The notes under the pieces: generated by a model
The model's input: only the letters and a program-made list of their open reading frames with translations
The model's database searches: none
What the model was told of the DNA's origin: nothing
NCBI GenBank assembly: GCA_035530615.1
Contig: DATKUL010000002.1
Coordinates: forward strand, 948,322-1,012,321
Direction: 5' to 3'
DNA: 64,000 nt
Source: Minisyncoccota bacterium
Lineage (GTDB): Bacteria > Actinomycetota > Actinomycetes > Nanopelagicales > Nanopelagicaceae
Made by a program: the position numbers and the translations under genes
In this document: one piece after another, positions 14,693 to 24,444 of the stretch
Numbering within the stretch: position 1 is the first letter of the stretch
How the letters are laid out: each line of letters opens with the position of its first letter

Positions 14693-14944
14693 CTACTCAA
14701 TCAATTTACGTGCTTGAGAGTATGTATCCGCATCAATTTCACCGGAAGCGAACCGTCTATCAAGAATCTGTCGGGGGGTTTCCATCTTGTCGACCACGCA
14801 CGCATGTTGTAACGGAGGGTTGTTATCCCTGCGTGTTATCCACGTGACGAGCCAAATTCCAAACCCAATTATGACGAGCCACATCAGCGCCATCAAGACA
14901 ATGCTGCCACCGTCCATCCCGTAACCATCCCTGTACCAATTCAT
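14693..14944 (-). CDS. SHOCT-domain membrane protein
   Basis: One TM segment (IVLMALMWLVIIGFGIWLV) and a C-terminal SHOCT pattern ILDRRFASGEIDADTYSQARKLI. Confidence 0.75.
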   Translation of the reverse strand: MNWYRDGYGMDGGSIVLMALMWLVIIGFGIWLVTWITRRDNNPPLQHACVVDKMETPRQILDRRFASGEIDADTYSQARKLIE

Positions 14945-15084
14945 GACGCTGCCCTTTCCTAGATATCTAATACATCCATGTTAAGCACGAATAATGTGGA
15001 AATACCCACCCTTGACAGAGAAATGTGGGAGAGCAATCGGCGTGCCTCAGTCGCATTTCCCTCTCCGTATGTCTAAATACGTAC

Positions 15085-15121
15085 GTGGGGCCCCTCGAAA
15101 TAGATGTTCGAGGGGCCCCAC
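15085..15121. other. Perfect 15-bp-stem hairpin in an otherwise unassigned ~530 bp intergenic region
   Basis: GTGGGGCCCCTCGAA-ATAGATG-TTCGAGGGGCCCCAC. There is no flanking U-tract on either strand. Confidence 0.6.
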
Positions 15122-15474
15122 AGCATCGTCACACCGTGTCAATGAGTATGTTCGCAAATAACGACCGACCGACGAAAGTCGATGAAAGTGCGTTTTTCGG
15201 TTTCCCGAAAACCCATTAGGTGCTGTACGACTCGAATCTGCCGTTTTCCCGACCCCCACGTCGTCGCCGTGTTGGCAATGACTTTCGCCATTCCAGAGTC
15301 GTTTCTCGATCCGATTCTCACTAATTCAGATCGTGACCTAAATCAATGAGACAACTCATTTATAGAACTATGGGATAAGAAAGTCAATGGAATTTGAGAA
15401 GATTGTCCATGGTGGAATTCCATATATTCAAACATTCAACTCTAGATTGAGACATATAGCCCATAGCTGGAAAC

Positions 15475-16350
15475 TCAGGTAGGAAAGAGTGTCGTCGCTC
15501 GCCCCCGAGGGCCAGGTTGGGCAATAAAAACCATGCCTGCTTGAGGAAAGTCGCGCAAGTCGGTCGATTGACTTGCACTCGTAATAACCAACTGATCAAG
15601 GTCCTTTCCACCAAAAACACAAGATGTAATGAGCGGAGCAGGACAGGGAATCTCATCAAGTACCTGCCCCGTATTGCCGTCGATGCAGCGGATTCGACTG
15701 CCTCCCCAGAACGCGATCCAAAGATTGCCATGCGCATCTATAGACATGCCATCAGCCAATCCCATGTCTTGCGTAAATGTGACATGACTTCGACGATTTC
15801 TAATCTCTCTTTCTTCCACATCAAAAATGTCAACACGGTTGAGTTGCGTATCTATGTAATACATCAGCCGACCATCAGCGCTCCACGCCATTCCATTACT
15901 GCACGTGACATCTCCAAAGAGACGACGCAAGTGCTTACCATCTCTTCTCAATTGATAAAAAGCCGCCGCATTCAATTCCGCGTCATATGCCATGGTGCCA
16001 AGGAATAGGTCACCGAACGGCGAAACTTTGGCATCATTCCATCGTATTTTCTTAGATGTCTTGAGGCCATCTGCATCTTCCCTTGTAGGAAGGTGGTGGA
16101 GAGTTCCATCCAAATCACGGAGCAATGGGCCATCTGCAACGCCGATTATTTCGCCGCCTCCTACCCGCGGAATTGCAAAACTCACATCATCTGAAGTCTC
16201 ATATTCGGAAATCTCCGACGTGAGCATGTTGCGGAATCGGACCTTCCTACCAGTTACATCAACCCAGTTGATGATTTCGTTCTCTACGCCAGATGAATTG
16301 GGCCCTTCCCCCAATACGTTTCGACGCTCATCAAAAATTTCTACTTTCAT
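15475..16350 (-). CDS. SMP-30/gluconolactonase/LRE-family protein
   Basis: Beta-propeller family pattern (..NVLGEGP.., ..RWNDAKVSPFGDLF.GTM.., ..SNGMAWS.DG..MYYIDT.., ..ADGMSIDAHGNLW.A..). ATG 16350 (MKVEIFDE) follows GGGAGGG and lies 4 nt after the upstream gene's stop. Confidence 0.85.
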   Translation of the reverse strand: MKVEIFDERRNVLGEGPNSSGVENEIINWVDVTGRKVRFRNMLTSEISEYETSDDVSFAIPRVGGGEIIGVADGPLLRDLDGTLHHLPTREDADGLKTSKKIRWNDAKVSPFGDLFLGTMAYDAELNAAAFYQLRRDGKHLRRLFGDVTCSNGMAWSADGRLMYYIDTQLNRVDIFDVEEREIRNRRSHVTFTQDMGLADGMSIDAHGNLWIAFWGGSRIRCIDGNTGQVLDEIPCPAPLITSCVFGGKDLDQLVITSASQSTDLRDFPQAGMVFIAQPGPRGRATTLFPT

Positions 16351-16354
16351 AAAC

Positions 16355-17320
16355 CTATTGATCCCTCCCTTGCGCAACTACGTTCTCCAAAGGTTGGCTT
16401 GCAGCCAGTCGGATCAATTGAGACTCGATTAATCGACGTGCGCGTGGTTCGAAGGCACTCGAATTACCTCCAACGTGTGGAGTAATAAAAACTCCTGCCT
16501 CTTTCCAGAGTGGATGATCTGGGGGTAATGGTTCGGGATCGGTGACATCTAACGCAACAGTAATCCTTCCAGTTCGCAGTTCTGCTAAAAGGGCGTCCGT
16601 ATCAATAATGGCTCCCCTAGCCACATTTATGAGTAGTGCGCCAGTTTTAAGCAGTGCGAATCTTCTAGCATCGAAGAAGCGATGACTCTCGTCATTGAGC
16701 GGCATAATTAAGATGACGACGTCCAGCGAAGGTAAATAGTCATCAAAATTCTTAATTTTGACTGCCCCATCCCGACCCGATCTGGAAAAACCGATAACCT
16801 CGACGTCGAAACCCGAAAGATTTCGAGCGATGGTTTGCCCAATTGCACCAAATCCAACAATCCCTATTTTTCTATCATTAATAGAACGAAATTGTGCGGG
16901 ATCCCACTTACCTTGACTCTGCGATAGAACAAATCTTGGAAATCCCCGTAAGGATGCAATGGCCATTCCTACCGCCAATTCAGCTGTTGAGTCATTGTGA
17001 ATTCCTCGTCCATTACAGAGAGTGAGCCCTGGCCGAAGATATTCCAATGCATCCTCATAGCCGGCGTTTGGCATCTGTAAAACTTTGAGGTTTGGCATTG
17101 ATTTCACGTACTCAAGTGCGCGACGGCCCTCCATATACGAAGGCACGTAAAAAGTGATCTTTGATAGATCGCTTATATCCAGAGGAGTGCTCGTTGGAGT
17201 GAGCCTCTCAATCCCGTCAGGAACCGCGATATCTTCCCACTGAGTCCAAACGGCATGCTTCACGCGGCCTCCAACAAATCGTAGACTTTGAGTGAAGCAA
17301 ATATACTCATCTAGACCCAA
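16355..17320 (-). CDS. D-isomer-specific 2-hydroxyacid dehydrogenase family, NAD-binding
   Basis: GIVGFGAIGQTIAR Rossmann motif, ...NVARG..ID, and a catalytic-region pattern ending ..TPHVGG. The start may be internal (e.g. GTG at 17263), since 17320 leaves only 17 nt to the divergent gene. Confidence 0.8.
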   Translation of the reverse strand: MGLDEYICFTQSLRFVGGRVKHAVWTQWEDIAVPDGIERLTPTSTPLDISDLSKITFYVPSYMEGRRALEYVKSMPNLKVLQMPNAGYEDALEYLRPGLTLCNGRGIHNDSTAELAVGMAIASLRGFPRFVLSQSQGKWDPAQFRSINDRKIGIVGFGAIGQTIARNLSGFDVEVIGFSRSGRDGAVKIKNFDDYLPSLDVVILIMPLNDESHRFFDARRFALLKTGALLINVARGAIIDTDALLAELRTGRITVALDVTDPEPLPPDHPLWKEAGVFITPHVGGNSSAFEPRARRLIESQLIRLAASQPLENVVAQGRDQ

Positions 17321-17337
17321 TATGAGCGGAAGTCATC

Positions 17338-18174
17338 ATGGAAAAGTTCAAGATATGGACGGAAGATGATGCCCGCCGTTGTATCGCGACCCCAAAGTCA
17401 ACTGACGATAAATACTCACGTGGAGTTCTGGGAGTGATTGCCGGATCTAGGCAATATCCAGGAGCGGCAGTACTGGCGTGCGAAGGAGCAATGCAGACCG
17501 GCGTAGGGATGGTTCGATATTCTGGTCCAAGAATTGCGCGAATGTTGGTACTTCGGCAAAGTCCAGAAGTGGTTATCCAATCCGGACAAGTTCAAGCATG
17601 GCTAATCGGACCAGGAATTGATTTCCATAGAATTGGACGCAGAAAAAGGCGATTCATTGAAAATGCACTAGATCAAAAAGTCCCCCTGATTTTGGATGCG
17701 GGTGCCATTTCGTTGACCTTGAGAGCCACCACTCCAACCCTCATCACGCCTCATTTTCGAGAACTCTCATCGCTCTTTGCTCTGTCAAATGTTGAGGTGA
17801 GCGCAACGGAGATTCAAGGTGCCCCCAAAAAGTGGGCTCTACTTGCAGCCAATAAATTCAATGTCTCCGTGCTTCTCAAGGGCACTCAAACTGTCGTCGC
17901 CTCGGGGCAGACTGCAATCGAATTGCCGTCGGCTCCGGCTTGGTTAGCAACTGCAGGAACTGGCGATGTTCTCAGTGGAATACTTGGGGCTCTACTTGCA
18001 ACACAATCCGATCTCATAAAAGCGCGACCCGAGTTTCTTGCCGAACTTGCCGCTACTGGCTCGTGGATACATTCTCATGCCGCCCTTCTCGCCTCAAGCG
18101 GCGGGCCAATAAACGCAATTAGTGTCTCAGCGGCTATACCTGAGGCAATCCGAAAACTACTCACTAGCATTTAA
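17338..18174 (+). CDS. nnrD: ADP-dependent NAD(P)H-hydrate dehydratase (YjeF C-terminal/carbohydrate-kinase domain)
   Basis: KYSRGVLGVIAGSRQYPGAAVLACEGAMQTGVGMV and GTGDVLSGILGALLA motifs. Confidence 0.8.
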   Translation: MEKFKIWTEDDARRCIATPKSTDDKYSRGVLGVIAGSRQYPGAAVLACEGAMQTGVGMVRYSGPRIARMLVLRQSPEVVIQSGQVQAWLIGPGIDFHRIGRRKRRFIENALDQKVPLILDAGAISLTLRATTPTLITPHFRELSSLFALSNVEVSATEIQGAPKKWALLAANKFNVSVLLKGTQTVVASGQTAIELPSAPAWLATAGTGDVLSGILGALLATQSDLIKARPEFLAELAATGSWIHSHAALLASSGGPINAISVSAAIPEAIRKLLTSI

Positions 18175-18226
18175 CTATCACCGTCAATGTGGGTTTATTC
18201 AAAGCGTAATTAATATACTTCGGCTC

Positions 18227-18895
18227 ATGACCCATCGTGCTCTGCTTATCAATGATGATGCATTCGAACTCACTACCTTGGCCGACGCAATGCGCTTGCG
18301 TGGGATAAATGTCGTCGGTGAAGCGCATACCCTCGTGGCCGCTCAAAATCTGTTCAGCACGCTAAGGCCCGACGTTGTTGTCATTGATGCACACTTTGAT
18401 GGATATGGTGGAATTAATTTGGCTCGGAAGATGCGAAAGAACAGAGAGGGGCTCGGAGTTGTCCTCACCACGGCCTGCCCCGATCTTCGGCTGCTGGGAC
18501 TTTTCGAGAAAGACATACCGACTGGAACCCAAGTCGTTCTTAAAAGGTCCCTATCTGATTTAAACATACTATGCATGGCTGTCTCGGCTTCGGTGGAGGC
18601 AATCTCAAAAAACGAAAAAACTCAGTGGGTTAATCGATTCATCTCACCAAATGGAAAATCATTTCTCACCGCTACTGCACTCTTGACAGATGTTCAAGCC
18701 GAAACATTCCGTCTCGTTGCTTCAGGCATGAGCAATAGTGAAATTGGTAGACAGCGTTTCGTAAGCGAAAAATCAGTTGAGCAGATTGTGGCTCGAATCG
18801 CCTCTCAATTGAGAATCTCTCCCGATCGAAGCCGTAACTTGCGGGTGCTATTGACGAATGAATACAACAAGTGGGTCGGTTCTCCGCGACACTGA
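18227..18895 (+). CDS. Orphan NarL/LuxR-family response regulator
   Basis: The start is taken at MTHRALLINDD. Receiver-like N-terminus (..DVVVIDAHF..). GerE HTH LTDVQAETFRLVASGMSNSEIGRQRFVSEKSVEQIVARIASQL. No kinase gene is adjacent. Confidence 0.75.
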   Translation: MTHRALLINDDAFELTTLADAMRLRGINVVGEAHTLVAAQNLFSTLRPDVVVIDAHFDGYGGINLARKMRKNREGLGVVLTTACPDLRLLGLFEKDIPTGTQVVLKRSLSDLNILCMAVSASVEAISKNEKTQWVNRFISPNGKSFLTATALLTDVQAETFRLVASGMSNSEIGRQRFVSEKSVEQIVARIASQLRISPDRSRNLRVLLTNEYNKWVGSPRH

Positions 18896-18978
18896 TCCAT
18901 GCCGTTTGATTGGCTTGAATTTGGCCGCAGCCAAGCGTATGTGGCGAATTCTAAGAATGTTCGGGTATCGTCACGAGT

Positions 18979-19236
18979 ATGAATCTTTCCCAGCTTCGCT
19001 CACAGTGGAGTAATGTCCTCAATCTTCTTGAGAAGGAAGACCGAATTGCTTGGTTAGCATTTTTTGATGCCAGGTTGGCGCGACTCGAGAATCAAACTCT
19101 CTACTTGGATTTTTCAGATAGCCGAAAATTTTCGGGAAGCCTCGAGTACGGACAGATTCGAGATAGCCATCGCATTGCATTGCAAGAAGCTATAAAAACC
19201 ACCCTCGGCGTGGCTCTAGAAGTTGTTGATCGGTGA
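18979..19236 (+). CDS. Small hypothetical protein resembling the extreme C-terminal domain of DnaX (tau)
   Basis: The 85-aa product LRSQWSNVLNLLEKEDRIAWLAFFDARLARLENQTLYLDFSD...ALQEAIKTTLGVALEV follows the pattern I recall for actinobacterial DnaX C-termini (W..VL......R.AW.....A....L....L.L.F ... LG....V). Its stop overlaps the start of the next gene (TGATG). Confidence 0.35.
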   Translation: MNLSQLRSQWSNVLNLLEKEDRIAWLAFFDARLARLENQTLYLDFSDSRKFSGSLEYGQIRDSHRIALQEAIKTTLGVALEVVDR

Positions 19237-20906
19237 TGAAATATCTTCCAAAATTCTTCCTCATCATGTCTATCGTCGTAGGCACGTTGAGTCCATTGCC
19301 AGCCCTGGCAACCTCTTCAAAACTCACTCTTTCGATTCGACAAACGCCTAGTGTCAGCGATCCCGTAATCACGCTGTACGGGCAACTCAAACCGGCAAGA
19401 AAGTCAGTGAAAATTAATGTTCAAGTGGAACTCTCTAATAAATGGCAGAACACACTCTTTTCAACTACCACAACTTCAAAAGGAACCTGGAAAATTGAAG
19501 CCGTAGCGACTGCCCTGGACGCTCAAGTTAAGTATCGCGCAATTGCAACTCTCGGAAGCAGCAAAACATTTTCATCTGCTCGCTCCATAAGAATTTCGCA
19601 AATACCCGAAATGAGTAACTACGATCCCTCATCACTCATCCTGGAAACAGGTCCAGGAGGGCGCATCCACGGCATGGACATAAGTCGCTGGCAACATCCA
19701 GGTGGTGCACCTATAGATTTCGAAAAAATGTACGCGGCCGGTGTTCGATTTGTCATGATTAAAGCGGCGGACTCTCATGATATTGCCGACGCAGAGGCAT
19801 TGAAATATCTAATCATGGATCGTAATGCCGCACAGGCCGTGGGCATTTACACTGGCTTCTACTATTACGCCACACTTCCCGATACAACTGATGAAGCGGT
19901 GATCATTGAGGATGCACAAGCGCAAGCACAAAAAGCCATCTGGAGATTAGCAAGCCTGGGAGGTTATACGGATCGAGACCTCTCATTTGCCCTAGATCTT
20001 GAGAATAATTGTGTGCGCAAGTCAACCAGCGGTTCCTGCACCAAGTACACCTCCCGAAGCGCGGTCACCCTGTGGGCAAAGACGTGGCTGGAAATATTTG
20101 CGGCGAAAACGAATCGCACACCGATTATTTACTCATACCCACAATTTCTCGAAAATGCGATGGTAAGGGACGCAAGTTTTGCAAGTTATCCATTGTGGAT
20201 CGCTCACTACTCACTTAATCCTTTTGACCCGTTGTCACAGCCTGGGTTGAAAACAGCGGGATGTTTTGTCACTCCTTGGACGACAGCAAATTGCTCGTCA
20301 CTTTGGGCGGTGTGGCAGTACACATCCTGCGGAATCGCAAAGAAATATGGAGTACCTGGAACGCGGGTAGATCTCAATGTATTCCGAGGAACGCCATCGA
20401 GCTTCCTCGATCTTGCAAAAGGTACGTGGGCCCCAGAGAGCGCCGATCTGATGCCGGTCCTTGAACCAACCCAAATGGTCGTTACTCCCCCAGTGGTCTC
20501 CAAGGCAAATAAACCGATTCTCTTCTCCATCGATGTGAATCGCCCAACAGGACTTCCGGTTGTCACTGGAACAGTGAAATTCGTGGCTGATAAAATTGTT
20601 CCGCCACTTGTTGGTTTTACGCAGAATGCAGTTCGCTCGTCAAGTGGTCGTTGGACATTAACCTTGAAGTCGGTGCCCGCTGGACTTTGGAGTGGACGAA
20701 TTATCTACAATGATCTTTCTGGTACGCATGCAAAGAGTACGAGTGCAGTAACTTTAGAAGTTAGCCCGGGACCTACCCCATCGCCGTCGCCAACCCCTTC
20801 AACATCTGAGACAGACAGCCCTACTCCCAGCCCTACGGCAAAGCCAAAACCAACTCCGACGAAAAGATCCACCATAGATTACTGCCGGTATCAGGTTAAG
20901 AATTAA
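19236..20906 (+). CDS. Secreted GH25-family muramidase (lysozyme) with flanking Ig-like regions and a Pro/Thr/Ser-rich tail
   Basis: Signal peptide MKYLPKFFLIMSIVVGTLSPLPALATS. GH25 signature GMDISRWQHPGGAPIDFEKMYAAGVRFVMIKAADS. C-terminal SPGPTPSPSPTPSTSETDSPTPSPTAKPKPTPT. An alternative GTG start lies at 19233. Confidence 0.8.
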   Translation: MKYLPKFFLIMSIVVGTLSPLPALATSSKLTLSIRQTPSVSDPVITLYGQLKPARKSVKINVQVELSNKWQNTLFSTTTTSKGTWKIEAVATALDAQVKYRAIATLGSSKTFSSARSIRISQIPEMSNYDPSSLILETGPGGRIHGMDISRWQHPGGAPIDFEKMYAAGVRFVMIKAADSHDIADAEALKYLIMDRNAAQAVGIYTGFYYYATLPDTTDEAVIIEDAQAQAQKAIWRLASLGGYTDRDLSFALDLENNCVRKSTSGSCTKYTSRSAVTLWAKTWLEIFAAKTNRTPIIYSYPQFLENAMVRDASFASYPLWIAHYSLNPFDPLSQPGLKTAGCFVTPWTTANCSSLWAVWQYTSCGIAKKYGVPGTRVDLNVFRGTPSSFLDLAKGTWAPESADLMPVLEPTQMVVTPPVVSKANKPILFSIDVNRPTGLPVVTGTVKFVADKIVPPLVGFTQNAVRSSSGRWTLTLKSVPAGLWSGRIIYNDLSGTHAKSTSAVTLEVSPGPTPSPSPTPSTSETDSPTPSPTAKPKPTPTKRSTIDYCRYQVKN

Positions 20907-22563
20907 TCTGCTTTTCTAGTAATTCGGTAGTTGCCTGGCGCTCTTGTCGATATATCTCACGATAACGTTCGATTGACTGAACTCGTTCTATCCGATTCCA
21001 TCCCAGAATCGGAGCGATAATTTTTGCAATCTCATCAAGAAGTTCTACTGAGTTCTCTCGCGATTCGAAAGAAATTCGAGTTCGCCGAGACACGACATCA
21101 TCGACCGATCGAGCTCCTTCATGGCTGGCAGCATAATGAATTTCGGCACGTAAATATGGAAGATCGTTTGCAAGTGGTTCGGCCAGAGAAGAATCCTCGG
21201 TTATAAGATCCAAAATCTCACTTATGAGTGATCCATAACGATTCAGGAGATGAAGTACCTGGCTTTCGGCCAGCCCGGTCTCGGCGGATATTAGGGTTAC
21301 TTGTTGCACCAGCGCGATGTAGCCGTCGGCTCCAACGATAGGTAATTTTGATGTAATCGAGTTGGAGACTTCCTCGTTTAACTCCTTAGCTGCAAGGTCA
21401 ATAACGTCCTGCGCCATCACTCGGTAAGTCGTGTACTTCCCGCCAGCAATGCTTACAAACCCCGGAGCGGGCCGATCGACAGTGTGCTCACGAGATAATT
21501 TTGTCGTGAGAGCATCGGCCTTCTTGGAAACCAGAGGTCGCAGTCCGGCATAGACGCCAATTATGTCTTCAGAGCGGATTACTGGTTCGAGGATCCTGTT
21601 TGCCTGAGCCAGTATGTAATCGACATCTTCACGGTTGGCAAGAGGTTCGTTGCGGTCTCCGGTGTACTCCGTATCGGTAGTACCAACAATCCACTTATCT
21701 TCCCAGGGGATGACAAAGAGTACCGAAACCGGCGTTTTCAATATAATTCCAGCCTCAGATTTAATTGCGGATCCGGGCAGAACAATGTGGGCACCTTTAC
21801 TCATCCTGACTTCATACCCAGGTTTTAGTCCGAATTTCTCGTGTAGATCGTCACTCCAAACGCCTGCACACATAACCGTGACACCCGCCTGAACTTCGAC
21901 CAGTTGATCATTTTCTAGATTACGAACTACTGCGCCCGTTACTTGTTGACCTTCACGAATCAGCGATTCACATGCCACCCCAGTTGCGATTACTGCTCCA
22001 TGTCGGGCGGCAGTACGAGCCACCATCATTGTGTATCGGGCATCGTCGACTTGAGCATCAAAATATTTGATTGCCCCGGTGACAATGTCCTGGCGAAGTG
22101 AGGGAGCAATCTGCGCGATATTTTTCTGGCTTAGGTGTTTGTGCCACGGCAGTGCCCTTTGGAATCCGCGCAGAACGTCATAGAGCGCAAGTCCTGCACC
22201 GACATAGGTTCTGTCCTTCAACTTCTCGTGGAGCGGATAAAGAAATGCCACCGGTTTAACTAGGTGTGGGGCCAGCGATGTGACCATGGACTCCCGTTCT
22301 TGCAATGCTTCGCGAACTAAGCGGAAGTCATACTGTTCTAGATACCGCAGTCCGCCATGAATGAGCTTGCTTGACCTACTTGACGTACCGGAGGCGAGGT
22401 CATGTGCCTCGATGAGTGCCACCCGCAATCCACGGGACGCGGCATCTAGGGCGGCGCCAACTCCGGTTATGCCACCACCAATGACCAGGACATCAAATTT
22501 CTCGTTCGATAGAGCCACCAGGGCGTCGCGATGTTGATCTGGGTCTAATCGCGAGTCAAACAT
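20896..22563 (-). CDS. glpD: FAD-dependent glycerol-3-phosphate dehydrogenase
   Basis: FDVLVIGGGITGVGAALDAASRGL dinucleotide-binding motif. Length and C-terminal GlpD-type domain. Divergent from glpK. Confidence 0.9.
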   Translation of the reverse strand: MFDSRLDPDQHRDALVALSNEKFDVLVIGGGITGVGAALDAASRGLRVALIEAHDLASGTSSRSSKLIHGGLRYLEQYDFRLVREALQERESMVTSLAPHLVKPVAFLYPLHEKLKDRTYVGAGLALYDVLRGFQRALPWHKHLSQKNIAQIAPSLRQDIVTGAIKYFDAQVDDARYTMMVARTAARHGAVIATGVACESLIREGQQVTGAVVRNLENDQLVEVQAGVTVMCAGVWSDDLHEKFGLKPGYEVRMSKGAHIVLPGSAIKSEAGIILKTPVSVLFVIPWEDKWIVGTTDTEYTGDRNEPLANREDVDYILAQANRILEPVIRSEDIIGVYAGLRPLVSKKADALTTKLSREHTVDRPAPGFVSIAGGKYTTYRVMAQDVIDLAAKELNEEVSNSITSKLPIVGADGYIALVQQVTLISAETGLAESQVLHLLNRYGSLISEILDLITEDSSLAEPLANDLPYLRAEIHYAASHEGARSVDDVVSRRTRISFESRENSVELLDEIAKIIAPILGWNRIERVQSIERYREIYRQERQATTELLEKQINS

Positions 22564-22625
22564 CCCTGCTCCATATCCGTCGCTACTAGAGTTGAGTCTA
22601 ATGCACTAAGAAAGAGGAGCGCGCG

Positions 22626-24137
22626 ATGTCGGTTATTGGGTCTTACATGGGGAGTTTAGACCAAGGCACTAGTAGCACGCGTTTTATGATTTTCGACCAT
22701 GCAAGCAATGTGATCGCATCCCACCAAGTGGAACACCGCCAGATTGTAAGTCAGCCAGGGTGGGTCGAACATGACGCCAGTGAAATCTGGTCTAAAGCGC
22801 AAGAAGTCATCCGCGCGACATTGACGAAGGCTAATCTCATCGGGTCCGACCTCCTTGGAATTGGCATCACCAATCAGCGTGAAACTGCACTTATTTGGGA
22901 CATCACCACCGGTAAACCATTGGCAAACGCCATCGTTTGGCAGGACACAAGAACTCAAGAGTCGCTTGCTTCTCTCCCGCCGCGCGTAAGTGAGCTGATC
23001 CGCGAGCGCACTGGATTACCAGTTGCTTCTTATTTTTCGGCGAGTAAATTTCGCTGGCTCATGGAGAATAGTGAGCCAGTAAGGAATGCACTCAAGGACG
23101 GCCGCGCGCGCGCCGGCACCATTGACTCGTGGTTGCTCTGGAATCTGACGGGCGGTATCGATGGTGGAGTGCACGCGACCGATGTAACCAATGCAAGTAG
23201 GACGCTTCTGATGAATCTCAAAACTCTTGATTGGGACCAGGAATTACTGGACATTTTCAACATCCCACGGATCCTGTTGCCAAAGATTCGCTCTTCATCG
23301 GAAAGATACGGTGACACCGATCCATCAGGGCCATTTGGCGTGTCAATACCCGTTGCGGGTATTTTAGGTGATCAACAATCCGCCCTCGTTGGTCAAACTT
23401 GCTTCAACCGCGGCGAGTCCAAGACAACTTATGGCACGGGCAATTTCGCGCTTCTCAACACAGGAACAGAGATAGTCAGATCCAATTCCGGGCTGCTCAC
23501 CACCGTGGCATTCAAAATGGGAAACGCGCCAGTTCACTATGCACTTGAAGGTTCGGTAGCGGTGACAGGCGCAGCAATCCAATGGTTACGCGATCAAATT
23601 GGTCTGATTGAAAAAGCCAGCGATGTAGAAGCCCTCGCTGCCAGCGTTTCGGACACCGGAGATCTCTATTTCGTTCCGGCGTTCTCCGGGTTATTTGCGC
23701 CGTACTGGCACAGTAGCGCGAGGGGCCTGATGATCGGACTAACTCTTGCAACAACAAGGGCACATATTGCTCGTGCCGCCCTTGAGTCAATCTGCTACCA
23801 AACCAAGGAGATTCTGGATGCAATGATTGTCGACAGTCAAGTGCCTATGCAGGAGATGAAAGTTGATGGTGGCATTACCGCCAATGAACTTTGTATGCAA
23901 TTGCAGGCCGACATTATGGGCATCAGTGTTATACGACCAGAAGTTCGCGAAACAACAGCACTAGGTGCTGCATACAGTGCTGGATTGGCCCTGGGATTTT
24001 GGAAAGATCTAGATGAGATCCGCTCTCAGGCGAAAGCATCTAAAACCTGGAAACCTCAAAGTTCGGAAGAAGCGCGTGCGCAGGGTTATGCGCGATGGAA
24101 AAATGCGGTCGAGCGGACTTTTAATTGGGCGCAATAA
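22626..24137 (+). CDS. glpK: Glycerol kinase
   Basis: LDQGTSSTRFMIFD, GITNQRETALIWD and FGTGNF-type (YGTGNFALLNTG) FGGY-family motifs. 503 aa. AGAGGAG SD. Confidence 0.95.
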   Translation: MSVIGSYMGSLDQGTSSTRFMIFDHASNVIASHQVEHRQIVSQPGWVEHDASEIWSKAQEVIRATLTKANLIGSDLLGIGITNQRETALIWDITTGKPLANAIVWQDTRTQESLASLPPRVSELIRERTGLPVASYFSASKFRWLMENSEPVRNALKDGRARAGTIDSWLLWNLTGGIDGGVHATDVTNASRTLLMNLKTLDWDQELLDIFNIPRILLPKIRSSSERYGDTDPSGPFGVSIPVAGILGDQQSALVGQTCFNRGESKTTYGTGNFALLNTGTEIVRSNSGLLTTVAFKMGNAPVHYALEGSVAVTGAAIQWLRDQIGLIEKASDVEALAASVSDTGDLYFVPAFSGLFAPYWHSSARGLMIGLTLATTRAHIARAALESICYQTKEILDAMIVDSQVPMQEMKVDGGITANELCMQLQADIMGISVIRPEVRETTALGAAYSAGLALGFWKDLDEIRSQAKASKTWKPQSSEEARAQGYARWKNAVERTFNWAQ

Positions 24138-24151
24138 TTATTAGACAGGGA

Positions 24152-24391
24152 TTATTCGACTGGTATAACCCGCAGGACTTCCACACCTCCAATATCACCC
24201 AAAATATTTAACAGATCTGTTGGATCACTTCCAGGAATTGCCACGGTTATATCGTCGTAGCCGCGCCCTGCTTCACTCTTCATAACAACCAGGCCGCGAA
24301 TATCACCGCCTGCGAAGCCGATAGCCGAAGCAACTGCTCCAAGAGAACCCGGGCGGTCAGGAAGTGAGACGTGGAGCCGAAAAATCGCCAT
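24152..24391 (-). CDS. Stand-alone ACT-domain protein
   Basis: The 79-aa product ...LHVSLPDRPGSLGAVASAIGFAGGDI fits the ACT beta-alpha-beta-beta-alpha-beta pattern. Confidence 0.7.
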   Translation of the reverse strand: MAIFRLHVSLPDRPGSLGAVASAIGFAGGDIRGLVVMKSEAGRGYDDITVAIPGSDPTDLLNILGDIGGVEVLRVIPVE

Positions 24392-24444
24392 GTCTCACCT
24401 TATCCCGAGCGCTCTTAAACCTGGACTAGGACATCGCCCAAAGT

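Noticed and set aside
15025-15737. Small overlapping ORFs (60-117 aa) in and next to the 14945-15474 gap as real genes.
   Set aside because: They overlap one another on both strands, have no SD or motifs, and have an odd composition. 15384-15737 mostly runs through the 3' end of the gluconolactonase-family gene in another frame. The region is instead reported as unexplained non-coding DNA.
19236-20906. The GH25 lysozyme as a prophage endolysin, marking a prophage.
   Set aside because: It carries a Sec-type signal peptide, Ig-like modules and a PT-rich tail. It is flanked by glpD and a response regulator. No holin, terminase, capsid, tail or integrase genes occur anywhere in the window.
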